The position numbers and the translations under genes were made by a program. Shown piece after piece: positions 1 to 8,252 of a DNA stretch of 24,138 nucleotides. The notes beneath the pieces were generated by a model. It worked only from the letters and a program-made list of their open reading frames with translations. It was not told the DNA's origin and did no database searches. Source of the stretch: an uncultured Lachnospiraceae bacterium (GTDB lineage Bacteria; Bacillota; Clostridia; Lachnospirales; Lachnospiraceae); assembly GCA_902797475.1 (NCBI GenBank), contig CADBTG010000012.1, positions 1-24,138 of the forward strand, written 5' to 3'. How positions within the stretch are numbered: the first letter of the stretch is position 1; every line of letters begins with the position of its first letter.

Positions 1-1274
1 CCGCTGATGTAATACTTCAGAATATCGCTCGGTGCGAGCTGGGAATCCAGGCCTATGATGGTTGACTGATGATTGTGATCATGGTACACATCGGAAAGCC
101 AGCTTGCCCACTCAATCAGCTGAATCTCCATGTTGATTCCGACCTTCTTCAGCTGGGAAGCGATAACTTCCGCCGTCTGCACATGGTATGTGTAGTTGGA
201 CGGAACGGAGCAGGTGAAGGTGAACCCGTCGGGATATCCGGCTTCCTTCAAAAGCTGCTTGGCTTTCTCGGGGTCATACGGGTAAGCATTGACGCTGTCC
301 TCGTTAAAGTAAGCCGTGAAGCCTGCGTATACGCCGCTTCCGATCTTCTTGCCCTTGCCGTCGTTCAGAATCGCGAGAATCTCATCCTTATCGATTGCGT
401 AATTGACCGCCTGACGGACTTCCTTCTTATCAAAGGGCTTCACCTTGTTGTTCAGGAACAGGCCCTGAACGAGGCTCATCTCGCCGACTTCGATATAGTA
501 TTTGTCCTTTAACTGTGCGGCCTGGTCGGCTGTCAGGTACGGGAAGATGTCAATCTCGCCTGCCTGCAGCTTCAGGAATGCGGCATCCGTGCTCTCGGAG
601 ATGGAAAATGTCACCTTCTCAAGGCTCGCTGCCTTGCCGTAATAGTTGTCGTTCCGCTCCATGACAAGGCCGCTCATGGGCGTATAGGAAACGAACTTGA
701 AGGGGCCTGTTCCGACGGGCTTCGTCTTCTGCTCCGTGTAGTCGCAGGGAACGATGCTTGCCGTGAAGTACCCGATCAGCTCGGTGTTGCCTTCCTGCAA
801 AGTAACAACAACAGTGTCTTTGTCATTCTCCTTTGCGGATGTGATGTCGGAAATAACAGAAAAAGCGGCCAAAACCTGGACCTCCGGATCGGAAGTCGTA
901 AGCTTGCCCGCGACACGTTTAAGGGAATAAACTACATCCTCTGCAGTAAGCTTCTTTCCGTTGTGGAAGGTCACATCGCTTCGAAGCACGAAGGTATATG
1001 TCTTTCCGTCGTCGGAAATGCGGTAGCTTTCCGCTACTGCAGGAACGAGATTGCCTGCCGGGTCCGATTTCACCAGACCTTCGAACAGGTTATACAAAAC
1101 TTCCTTAGTTCCTGCCGCTACTGCTTTATGCGGGTCAAGACTGTCTAAATCCTGTGTTATTCCGACCACCACCGCTCCGCCGTTTTTCCCGTCCTTTGTG
1201 CCGTCTTTCTTACATCCGGAAAGTGCAGCCGCAGCTACGGTAAGGAGAAGAACCGTGAAAAGAAATCTCTTCAT
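1..1274 (-). CDS. ABC transporter substrate-binding lipoprotein, family 5 (oligopeptide/dipeptide/nickel type); 3' end runs out of the window
   Basis: Not in the ORF track because it has no stop in the window; I translated it by hand. ATG at 1274 follows GAAGGAGGACAT. MKRFLFTVLLLTVAAAALSGC (lipobox), then family-5 motifs 'VVVGITQDLDSLDPH', 'LFEGLVKSD..GNLVPAVAESY.ISDDGKTYTFVLRSDVTFHNGKKLTAEDVVYSL', 'PVGTGPFKF', 'VRQAVNYAIDK', 'YDPEKAKQLLKEAGY'. Confidence 0.93.
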   Translation of the reverse strand, partial: MKRFLFTVLLLTVAAAALSGCKKDGTKDGKNGGAVVVGITQDLDSLDPHKAVAAGTKEVLYNLFEGLVKSDPAGNLVPAVAESYRISDDGKTYTFVLRSDVTFHNGKKLTAEDVVYSLKRVAGKLTTSDPEVQVLAAFSVISDITSAKENDKDTVVVTLQEGNTELIGYFTASIVPCDYTEQKTKPVGTGPFKFVSYTPMSGLVMERNDNYYGKAASLEKVTFSISESTDAAFLKLQAGEIDIFPYLTADQAAQLKDKYYIEVGEMSLVQGLFLNNKVKPFDKKEVRQAVNYAIDKDEILAILNDGKGKKIGSGVYAGFTAYFNEDSVNAYPYDPEKAKQLLKEAGYPDGFTFTCSVPSNYTYHVQTAEVIASQLKKVGINMEIQLIEWASWLSDVYHDHNHQSTIIGLDSQLAPSDILKYYIS

Positions 1275-1322
1275 ATGTCCTCCTTCGGCATCTTGTGATG
1301 CTCTTATAAGATTTACAAGCGT

Positions 1323-1350
1323 ATCATATCACATTTTCCCCGGAATGCAA
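1323..1350 (-). promoter_or_regulatory. Sigma-A-type promoter for the ABC substrate-binding gene
   Basis: Minus strand TTGCAT (1350-1345), N16, TATGAT (1328-1323), with an extended -10 TG; about 50 nt upstream of the start codon. Confidence 0.6.
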
Positions 1351-1420
1351 GACTTTTCGCCCGGGCACGGGGAAAATGTGAAAAAAGAGTTGCTTTCTTG
1401 AACGATTTCGGAAAATGTGA
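1329..1420. repeat. Three copies of GGAAAATGTGA: a 14-bp perfect inverted repeat plus one direct copy
   Basis: TCACATTTTCCCCG (1329-1342) and CGGGGAAAATGTGA (1368-1381) are exact reverse complements with a 25-nt spacer. A third copy, GGAAAATGTGA, is at 1410-1420. Confidence 0.85.
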
Positions 1421-1426
1421 TAGGAT
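1398..1426 (+). promoter_or_regulatory. Sigma-A-type promoter for the DUF2927 lipoprotein operon
   Basis: TTGAAC (1398-1403), N17, TAGGAT (1421-1426), with TG at 1418-1419. Confidence 0.6.
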
Positions 1427-1448
1427 AGATTTGATTGGGGGCATTTTT

Positions 1449-2288
1449 ATGAAACGTGCTTATTTATTGCTATTATTACTGTGCATCCTGCTTCTTGTTT
1501 CTTGTTCGGGCGAGGCGGCTTTACCCGAAGCCGGAACAAACAGACCGAAGCGCACGCCGACTGCGACCGCGGTTCCGACCGAAACGCCGACCCCGACGTA
1601 TGTGCCGACGCCGAGCGAGGTTCCGACTGAGACGCCGACGCCGGATGCCCCGAAGAAGCTTGATGCGGGCGCCGTCGGCCTTAAGAAAGAGGATATCGTC
1701 AATTATTACTGCCGCATCGGACTGACAAGCGAGTATACGAACGGCAACGTCATCGATTATGTGCGGAAGTGGCAGAAGCCCATTGTTTATATTATCGAAG
1801 GAACGCCGAATCCGGATGATCTTGCCCTGATTGAGAGGCTCGTCACGGAGCTCAATCAGGTTTACGGCTTCCCGGGCATGTATCCCGCGGATGAATCCGA
1901 TGATTCCGTCAACTTCACGATGCGTTTTTTGGATTATGAAGAGTATACGTCTGCTTCGCTTGCCGCCATCGGCGACGGCTACACGGACGGTTACAGCTCC
2001 ATCTGGTTTCGAGGCGGTGAAATCACGGATGCCGAAATCGGTGTCTGCAACGACCTGAGCAGGACCAATAAGAACCATGTCATTCTCGAAGAAATCATTC
2101 AGGCCCTCGGGCTTCAGAACGATACGTACGATTATCCGGAAAGCCTTTTCTACCAGGGCTACAACGAACCGCAGTGGCCGTGCGAACTGGATTGGTTTTT
2201 AATCCGGTTCCTGTATCATCCGGAGCTTGCCCCGATGATGAAGGAGCCCCTCGTCCGCATGACGGCGGAACTGATCATTACGGAATAA
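1449..2288 (+). CDS. DUF2927 domain lipoprotein with a Pro/Thr-rich linker (zincin-like fold suspected)
   Basis: Start moved to ATG 1449 (MKRAYLLLLLLCILLLVSC, signal peptide plus lipobox Cys). The PT-rich linker is followed by 'HVILEEIIQALGLQND....PESLFY...LDWFLIRFLYHPELAPMM', which matches the DUF2927 pattern EELxQxLGLxND...LYxPxLxPGM as I recall it. Confidence 0.75.
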   Translation: MKRAYLLLLLLCILLLVSCSGEAALPEAGTNRPKRTPTATAVPTETPTPTYVPTPSEVPTETPTPDAPKKLDAGAVGLKKEDIVNYYCRIGLTSEYTNGNVIDYVRKWQKPIVYIIEGTPNPDDLALIERLVTELNQVYGFPGMYPADESDDSVNFTMRFLDYEEYTSASLAAIGDGYTDGYSSIWFRGGEITDAEIGVCNDLSRTNKNHVILEEIIQALGLQNDTYDYPESLFYQGYNEPQWPCELDWFLIRFLYHPELAPMMKEPLVRMTAELIITE

Positions 2289-2309
2289 AGAAATTCGAAA
2301 GGAATCATT

Positions 2310-3074
2310 ATGCAGAATATTACCGGCAAACAGACGGCTCTTGAAGACGATGCCGAAATTTATAAAAGAGGCGCGGATCGGCCCGACAACAAAACCGAAA
2401 AGCAGACCTGGAGCGAATTAAGCGCGAAGGGCAAATGGTCGTATTTTTGCACCTATTATCTGGCTAAGATTCTTATCATTCTTGCCATCGGCGCTCTTGT
2501 CGTATACGGCCTGTACTCCGCCCTGAAGCCGAAGCCGAAGGATGTCGCGTATATCGTAGTCCTGGACAACACCCTCGACGCTGTTGCCCTGCAGGAATTC
2601 TTCGACGATGCCGTTGTGGAAATGGGCTATGAAAAAGGCAAAGCCGAAATCTTCTGCGACACCCGCCTTTCCGGTTCCCAGAATTCCCTTACCGACATGT
2701 CAACCCTGTCGACCTATATTGTGGCCGGCACGCTGGACATTCTGATTGCCGATGAGAAGGGACTTCGCCGCTATGCCGAGAACAGCATGCTGGTCGATCT
2801 CGAAACGCTTCCCGATGACATCAAAGCTGCCATCCCCGAGGAGGACCGCTACATCTACCATTTCGTTCCGAACAGGGACTCCGCCAAAGATGCCGTGGAG
2901 CGTGATATCTTCCTCGGAATCCGCTTAGATAACACACAGCTGATCAAGGATGTCAAGTTCACCACGCGCGAAACCGATTACATCCTGACTCTCATTCCGA
3001 CCGGCGACGGCGTCAAGAACGGAAACGCCTACGGCGTAATCCGTGCCATCCTCGGAATCCCGCAGGTGAAATAA
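2310..3074 (+). CDS. Hypothetical membrane-anchored protein (single TM, extracellular domain resembling a solute-binding protein)
   Basis: 254 aa, with RBS AAAGGA. 'KWSYFCTYY' precedes one hydrophobic helix; the downstream 'IVAGTLDILIAD...YAENSMLVDLETL' resembles type II SBP segments. It lies 21 nt after the previous gene and is probably co-transcribed. Confidence 0.7.
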   Translation: MQNITGKQTALEDDAEIYKRGADRPDNKTEKQTWSELSAKGKWSYFCTYYLAKILIILAIGALVVYGLYSALKPKPKDVAYIVVLDNTLDAVALQEFFDDAVVEMGYEKGKAEIFCDTRLSGSQNSLTDMSTLSTYIVAGTLDILIADEKGLRRYAENSMLVDLETLPDDIKAAIPEEDRYIYHFVPNRDSAKDAVERDIFLGIRLDNTQLIKDVKFTTRETDYILTLIPTGDGVKNGNAYGVIRAILGIPQVK

Positions 3075-3100
3075 AGCTTCTCAACTGAGACAAATGCAAC

Positions 3101-3132
3101 AAAAAACCGGGCATAACCTGCCCGGTTTTCTT
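3101..3132. terminator. Bidirectional intrinsic terminator
   Basis: AAAACCGGGCA-TAACC-TGCCCGGTTTT between the convergent stops at 3074 and 3142, with an A-tract on one side and a T-tract on the other. Confidence 0.88.
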
Positions 3133-3141
3133 ATGTTCTTC

Positions 3142-4239
3142 TTACTTCTTCGTAATGTATCCGAGGGCGACAAGCGTCTCTGCGGAAAGAATTGCTCCGC
3201 CGGCGGCGCCGCGCTTCGTGTTGTGAGAGAGTCCGACGAACTTCCAGTCGTAAACCTTATCCTCACGAAGACGTCCGGCCGAAACGGCCATGCCGCCTTC
3301 GAGGTCGCGGTCCAGAGCGGCCTGCGGACGGTTGTCCTCTTCGAAGTAGTGAATGAACTGCTTCGGAGCGCTCGGAAGCTCTAACTCCTGCGGAAGTCCC
3401 TTGAAGCTTGCCCACTTCTCAAGAATCTGCTCCTTCGTGGGCTTCTTCTTAAACTTTACGAATACGGCAGCCGTATGCCCGTCACTTACGGGAACGCGGA
3501 TGCACTGCGTCGTGATGACCGGTCCTTCAGCCTTGACAATCTGGCCGTTCTCAATCTTACCCCAGATGCGAAGAGGCTCCTGCTCGCTCTTCTCTTCCTC
3601 CCCGCCGATGTACGGAATGACATTGTCAATCATCTCCGGCCAATCCTTGAAGGTCTTGCCTGCGCCGGAAATTGCCTGGTATGTCGTCGCTACAATCTCA
3701 TAAGGCTCGAACTCGCGAAGCGCATGCAGCATAGGCGTGTAGCTCTGAATCGAGCAGTTCGGCTTAACGGCCACAAAGCCCTTCGTCGTTCCGAGACGCT
3801 TTCTCTGGAACGGAATGATGTCATAGTGCTGCGGGTTCAGTTCCGGAACTACCATCGGAACATCGGGCGTCCAGCGGTGTGCGCTGTTGTTCGAAACAAC
3901 GGGCGTCTCGGTCTTAGCGTAAGCATCCTCGATGGCGCGGATTTCGTCCTTCGTCATATCGACTGCGGAAAATACGAAGTCGACTTCTGCTGCCACGGCC
4001 TCCACCTCGTTTACGTTGCGGACAACAAGCTTCGCAACGCGCTCCGGCATCGGATCCGTCATCTTCCAGCGGTCACCGACTGCTTCCGCATAGGTCTTGC
4101 CTGCGCTTCTCGGGCTTGCGGCAACCATCGTTACCGTAAACCACGGATGGTTCTCCAAAAGGGAAATGAATCTCTGCCCTACCATACCCGTAGCGCCGAG
4201 GATTCCGACTTTAAATTTTTCTTTAACTTCAACTGCCAT
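3142..4239 (-). CDS. asd: Aspartate-semialdehyde dehydrogenase
   Basis: 'KVGILGATGMVGQRFISLLENHPWF' (Rossmann fold), 'VVSNNSAHRW', catalytic 'KPNCS', 'TTYQAISGAG', 'CIRVPVSDGH', 'HNTKRGAAGGA'. RBS GGGAGG. Confidence 0.97.
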   Translation of the reverse strand: MAVEVKEKFKVGILGATGMVGQRFISLLENHPWFTVTMVAASPRSAGKTYAEAVGDRWKMTDPMPERVAKLVVRNVNEVEAVAAEVDFVFSAVDMTKDEIRAIEDAYAKTETPVVSNNSAHRWTPDVPMVVPELNPQHYDIIPFQRKRLGTTKGFVAVKPNCSIQSYTPMLHALREFEPYEIVATTYQAISGAGKTFKDWPEMIDNVIPYIGGEEEKSEQEPLRIWGKIENGQIVKAEGPVITTQCIRVPVSDGHTAAVFVKFKKKPTKEQILEKWASFKGLPQELELPSAPKQFIHYFEEDNRPQAALDRDLEGGMAVSAGRLREDKVYDWKFVGLSHNTKRGAAGGAILSAETLVALGYITKK

Positions 4240-4322
4240 ATCGGCCTCCCTGCTGCGGAATTACTTCTCTCAACCCCGCAATGTGTATTTCTGTGGCGGA
4301 CATTTGTCCGCGAACTTGCCTT

Positions 4323-4351
4323 ATTCTATACCATGTAAGAGGAAAATGCAA
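4323..4351 (-). promoter_or_regulatory. Sigma-A-type promoter of asd
   Basis: Minus strand TTGCAT (4351-4346), N17, TAGAAT (4328-4323), with an AT-rich tract upstream. Confidence 0.65.
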
Positions 4352-4380
4352 GTCCTTTTTTCATTTTTCATAAAGTTTTT

Positions 4381-5826
4381 TTAATATGCCGAAACAATAT
4401 CACTGTAATAGGTCATCATTGTCATGATCATGACGTTCATCGCTTCGTCCATATCGTATACAGCGGCGGCGTCACGGAAATCATCAAACGAGCAGTCGAT
4501 GATTTCAAACTGCGTCTGTCCGTCCTCGTCCAAATCGGCGATCAGGAAGAATTCATATCCGGGGAACGTGATACTGATGCTCGCGAGCCGCTGCGTGCTG
4601 TAGTAATTCTCCGGATCTTCCGGCTCGAAATAGCAGAAGAACCGGTCGGTCGAATCAAAGCCGAAGAAGACCGCATATGCATTCGATTCTTCCTGCTCGG
4701 CTTCACGGTCTCCGGCGCCTTTGAATTCCACGTTCTGGGCCTTCAGGAATGCGGCCAGATCTTCATAGGACATGGTGCCGAGCCCCTCGACAACGCCGCG
4801 CATAACGTAACGGTAACGTTCCGAACGGCTGAAATGCCAGGTGTCTTCGTAAACCAGTCCTTCCGGTGCTTTGGGCGCCGGCGTGTAGGAGCCGTACGCG
4901 CCAACCATCTCCGGAACGAACCGCTCCGGATGTTCTTCGATTTCATACGTCAGGCTGACCTCACCGGTCGCGTAAGGGGCAAGATATCCGGTATTGAACC
5001 ATAGTTCGATACCGTCATCCGTAGCAACCCAGCCGACCGTTCCGTCCGTGATTGCCTTACGGACAAGTTCCTTCCAGTTATCCCAGAAGCCTTCAGGCTC
5101 CGCCATGATCTCGAGTGCCTCGATTGCGTCGTCAGCCAGGCCTTCGCAATCCTTAATCAGCGCCCCGAGTGCCAGTCTCTCACCGTTCTGAGAGTTAAAG
5201 CTGTAACCCGTCCGGTATTCATACGGATGCGCTCCGCCGATATAAGTATCATCATCTCTCTCATATGCGAAAACCTTGGAGTCGTTTCTGTGCACCCGGA
5301 TTATGTTATGTTCATACCATCTTTCATTGAATTCGCCGTTCACGGTCTCAAACATGGCGCCCGCATCGTCGCGAACCTTAAAATTCTGCCGATAGGTGTA
5401 AAGATTCTGCGCTCTGACAGCTTTCGCGAGGTTTTCATATTCGTACTCGGTGATGTAAAGGTAATCGATCTCCGAATCGAAGGCCGGCCCCTCACCCGTG
5501 AATTTTTCCGAATAGCGGTCACAGCCGTCGCCGTGTGCGACAACATAGTTCGGGCCTTCCTTCACATCCGGCACCGGCATTTTGTCCGCAACAGGCGTAG
5601 GTGTCACGGTGATCTCGGGCGTGGGCTCCTCCGTCGGTACAGGCGTAGGCGTCTCAGGCTCACCGGTCGGCACCTCGCTGGGCGTCACCACTTCACTGGG
5701 CGTAGGCGTCGACTTTCCTTTTCCGACGCGGTTTTTGCCCTCTTTCGCGCTTTCGTCTTCCGAACCGCATGCCGTGAGGCAAACCGCCAAAACAATTGTC
5801 AGGACCAGACAAAGTAATCTCTTCAT
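4381..5826 (-). CDS. Lipoprotein with a DUF3298/DUF4163 (RsiV/PdaC-like) domain and an unrecognised C-terminal domain
   Basis: Start moved to ATG 5826 (RBS GGAAGGAG). MKRLLCLVLTIVLAVCLTAC lipobox, PT-rich linker, and 'TYIGGAHPYEYRTGYSFNSQNGERLALGALI', the GGAH signature of the DUF3298/RsiV family. Confidence 0.75.
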   Translation of the reverse strand: MKRLLCLVLTIVLAVCLTACGSEDESAKEGKNRVGKGKSTPTPSEVVTPSEVPTGEPETPTPVPTEEPTPEITVTPTPVADKMPVPDVKEGPNYVVAHGDGCDRYSEKFTGEGPAFDSEIDYLYITEYEYENLAKAVRAQNLYTYRQNFKVRDDAGAMFETVNGEFNERWYEHNIIRVHRNDSKVFAYERDDDTYIGGAHPYEYRTGYSFNSQNGERLALGALIKDCEGLADDAIEALEIMAEPEGFWDNWKELVRKAITDGTVGWVATDDGIELWFNTGYLAPYATGEVSLTYEIEEHPERFVPEMVGAYGSYTPAPKAPEGLVYEDTWHFSRSERYRYVMRGVVEGLGTMSYEDLAAFLKAQNVEFKGAGDREAEQEESNAYAVFFGFDSTDRFFCYFEPEDPENYYSTQRLASISITFPGYEFFLIADLDEDGQTQFEIIDCSFDDFRDAAAVYDMDEAMNVMIMTMMTYYSDIVSAY

Positions 5827-5868
5827 CGTTTTCTCCTTCCGCGCAATTCGAGTGTTTCGCATTTTCCT

Positions 5869-7263
5869 TTAATAGAGTTCCGGATAATACAGATAAAAGC
5901 CCTGAAGAAGCACCGCAAGGGCCTCTTCGATATTGACAAATGAGACCGTTCTCTGCGAAGGAAGTCCGTCCTTCTGCGGGAAGGACCGGTCCACCACATC
6001 GTATTCCACCGTGCTTGTGTGATAGTTGTCCGTCACAAGCAGAAAGCCGTCCAGCTTAAACGGCAGGACATATAACAGGGAAAGCGTCTGCACACCTGTC
6101 GGATCGTTCTCGTTTTTCGGCCAGAACATCAGCTGGATTTTATCTCCGTTCATCGGATCGTAAAATGAGATGTTGGGCTGTACTTCTTCTGCCTCGCCGG
6201 GGGCAACGAACGTATAGGAAAGATCCGTCATATCAAGACTGAGTGTGCATTCGTCATACGTCATGGTCCCGACGCCGGCAATCAGTTTCAGCAGAATTTC
6301 CTCGTAAATCGGGGTCTGCGCCTCCTTCGGGTCGGCCTTATCCTCACGTTCCTTCAACATGCCGTCGGCATAGGCTCCGACATACTGCTCCGCGAAAAGC
6401 TCCGGATGTTCGGCAACCTTCAGCGTCCCTTTGTAAAGTTCCGTAAGGTCGTCGGTCATGTATTCCATTTCAATCCAGTATTCGATTCCTTCGTCGGCAT
6501 ATACCCATCCGTAATGACGGAAGCCGAACAGCTGTGTGAAAACATTGTCCCAGGAATCAAGCAGGACGTTTTTATTTCCGTATTCCGCTTCGATGCCCGC
6601 GCGCATGGCTTCCTGCAACACATCGGTATCCTTAATGACATCCGTGATGTCGAGCAGCTCGCCGGTTTTGGTATCGAACGAGTAACCCGTCAGATCCTCC
6701 GTCGCAACGACGCCGTTAAATTCGCTGAGGCTTCTCGTGTAGGAGAATACCGCGGAATCGTTTCGGAACGCCTTGATTCTGTCGCGATAATACCAGCCCT
6801 TGTCAAACCGCTCCTCCTGTACGGAAAGGAGCTTCAGGATTTCATCCTGATAATACGCTCCGGACTCATTGTGCCGGTTGTTTTCTTCCTTCATCCGGGC
6901 GGCAAGGTCCGGATATCCGTCCTCCGTCAGATAGATGAAATCAATCTCCGAAGTGAACGCCGGCAGATTGGGGCTTATATAGGTATCCGCATAAGCCGTT
7001 CCGTCCATGGTCGTTCCGATTGCAAAAAGCGGTCCCTCCGTAAGCTCCGTATGCGGAAGCTTCGCGGTGTCCGGCGTCGGCATCGGCGTAATCTCCTTTG
7101 TCGGCTCCGGGGTTGCCGTGTTTTCGGGCGTTGCCGTCAGAGTGCCTGTCGGCGCTTCGGTCACCCTCCCGTTCCCCTTTTCCTGTTCCTTCTTTTCTTC
7201 TTTGCATCCGACAAGGCATACAGCCATCGCCAGAATCAAAAGAAGCGCAATTCGTCTTTTCAT
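5869..7263 (-). CDS. Paralogous DUF3298-like lipoprotein lacking the GGAH motif
   Basis: MKRRIALLLILAMAVCLVGC lipobox, RBS GGAGG. Collinear similarity to 4381-5826: PAFTSEIDFIYLTE/PAFDSEIDYLYITE, RNDSAVFSY/RNDSKVFAY, TGYSFDTKTGE/TGYSFNSQNGE, HPELF..YVGAY/HPERF..MVGAY, GVGTMTYDE/GLGTMSYED. Confidence 0.72.
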   Translation of the reverse strand: MKRRIALLLILAMAVCLVGCKEEKKEQEKGNGRVTEAPTGTLTATPENTATPEPTKEITPMPTPDTAKLPHTELTEGPLFAIGTTMDGTAYADTYISPNLPAFTSEIDFIYLTEDGYPDLAARMKEENNRHNESGAYYQDEILKLLSVQEERFDKGWYYRDRIKAFRNDSAVFSYTRSLSEFNGVVATEDLTGYSFDTKTGELLDITDVIKDTDVLQEAMRAGIEAEYGNKNVLLDSWDNVFTQLFGFRHYGWVYADEGIEYWIEMEYMTDDLTELYKGTLKVAEHPELFAEQYVGAYADGMLKEREDKADPKEAQTPIYEEILLKLIAGVGTMTYDECTLSLDMTDLSYTFVAPGEAEEVQPNISFYDPMNGDKIQLMFWPKNENDPTGVQTLSLLYVLPFKLDGFLLVTDNYHTSTVEYDVVDRSFPQKDGLPSQRTVSFVNIEEALAVLLQGFYLYYPELY

Positions 7264-7283
7264 ATCATCCTCCTGTAACGCAC

Positions 7284-8252
7284 TCAGTTCTCATATCGGG
7301 ATACGAACTGCCGGAGCAACTCCTCAAGCTCCGTAAAACTTCCTATCTCATTCGACCTTCTTCGAAGCGATGCCGAATCGGGATACCCTGAAAAATACCA
7401 TGCCACATGACTTCTCATCGCGGGCATTGCGCGTTTCTCCCCGATTCGTTCAATCTCCATCCGCGCATGCTTAAGCGCGGTTTCCGCAACGGTCCGGACA
7501 TCCGGTCTTTCCGGAACCGGTTTGCCCGAAAAGGCGGCTTTACACTGCTCGAAGATCCACGGGTTTCCTCTTGCCGCACGCGCGATCATGACACAGTCGA
7601 CGCCGGTTTCCCGCTTCATTGCAAGTGCCTTTTCGGCACTGTCGACGTCTCCGCTTCCGATGACCGGAATCGATACCGCCTCCTTGACCTTCCGAATGCA
7701 GTCCCAGTCGGCCTTACCGGCATAAAACTCTCCGCGGAGTCTTCCGTGAACGGCAACGGCCGAGGCACCGGCCGCTTCGCAGGCCTTTGCAACCTCCGTC
7801 GCATTTTCCACGGAAAAGCCCTTCCGGATTTTGACGGTCACGGGCTTCGGCTGCGCCTTCACCATCGCATCCACAATCTGAAAAATAAGAGAAGGGTCTT
7901 TCATCAAAGCCGAACCTTCTCCGTTATTTACCACCTTCGGGACGGGGCAGCCCATGTTGATATCGAAAAAATCGAATTCCCGGTCGGAAAGATACGCCGC
8001 CTGCTCCGCCATGATTGCAGGGTCGCATCCGAACAGCTGCAGGGCAACCGGGTGCTCCCCGGGCACCGTCTGAAGCAGCTCTTCGGTATTCCGGTTTCGG
8101 TACATGACGCCCTTGGCGCTGACCATTTCCGTATACAGAAGACCCGCTCCGTGCTCCTTGCAGATAAGCCGGAACGGGAGGTCCGTAATGCCGGCCATCG
8201 GCCCGAGCGCCGTGTCCGTTTCAATTGTCACATTTCCGATGCGAAAACTCAT
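7284..8252 (-). CDS. dusB: tRNA-dihydrouridine synthase B
   Basis: '[13 protein letters not shown]', 'YTEMVSAK', 'QLFG', '[19 protein letters not shown]', 'VTVKIRKG', 'VHGR', 'VIGSGDV', '[14 protein letters not shown]'. Confidence 0.95.
   Translation of the reverse strand: MSFRIGNVTIETDTALGPMAGITDLPFRLICKEHGAGLLYTEMVSAKGVMYRNRNTEELLQTVPGEHPVALQLFGCDPAIMAEQAAYLSDREFDFFDINMGCPVPKVVNNGEGSALMKDPSLIFQIVDAMVKAQPKPVTVKIRKGFSVENATEVAKACEAAGASAVAVHGRLRGEFYAGKADWDCIRKVKEAVSIPVIGSGDVDSAEKALAMKRETGVDCVMIARAARGNPWIFEQCKAAFSGKPVPERPDVRTVAETALKHARMEIERIGEKRAMPAMRSHVAWYFSGYPDSASLRRRSNEIGSFTELEELLRQFVSRYEN

Noticed and set aside
69-1401. Plus-strand ORFs 69-512, 963-1148 and 1051-1401
   Set aside because: They are antisense to the family-5 SBP, which the ORF track missed because its stop lies outside the window.
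1545-1645. Short imperfect nucleotide repeats (ccgac.../acgccg) resembling a tandem repeat or array
   Set aside because: They are explained by Pro/Thr codons in the linker; there is no constant repeat-spacer structure, so this is not CRISPR or a VNTR.
4240-4380. Lysine riboswitch or T-box upstream of asd
   Set aside because: The promoter leaves only about 75-80 nt of leader, far shorter than either element, and their conserved motifs are absent.
7264-7300. Integration of the lipoprotein pair as a mobile element at the dusB 3' end
   Set aside because: No integrase, transposase, att-like direct repeat or evident compositional shift is visible.
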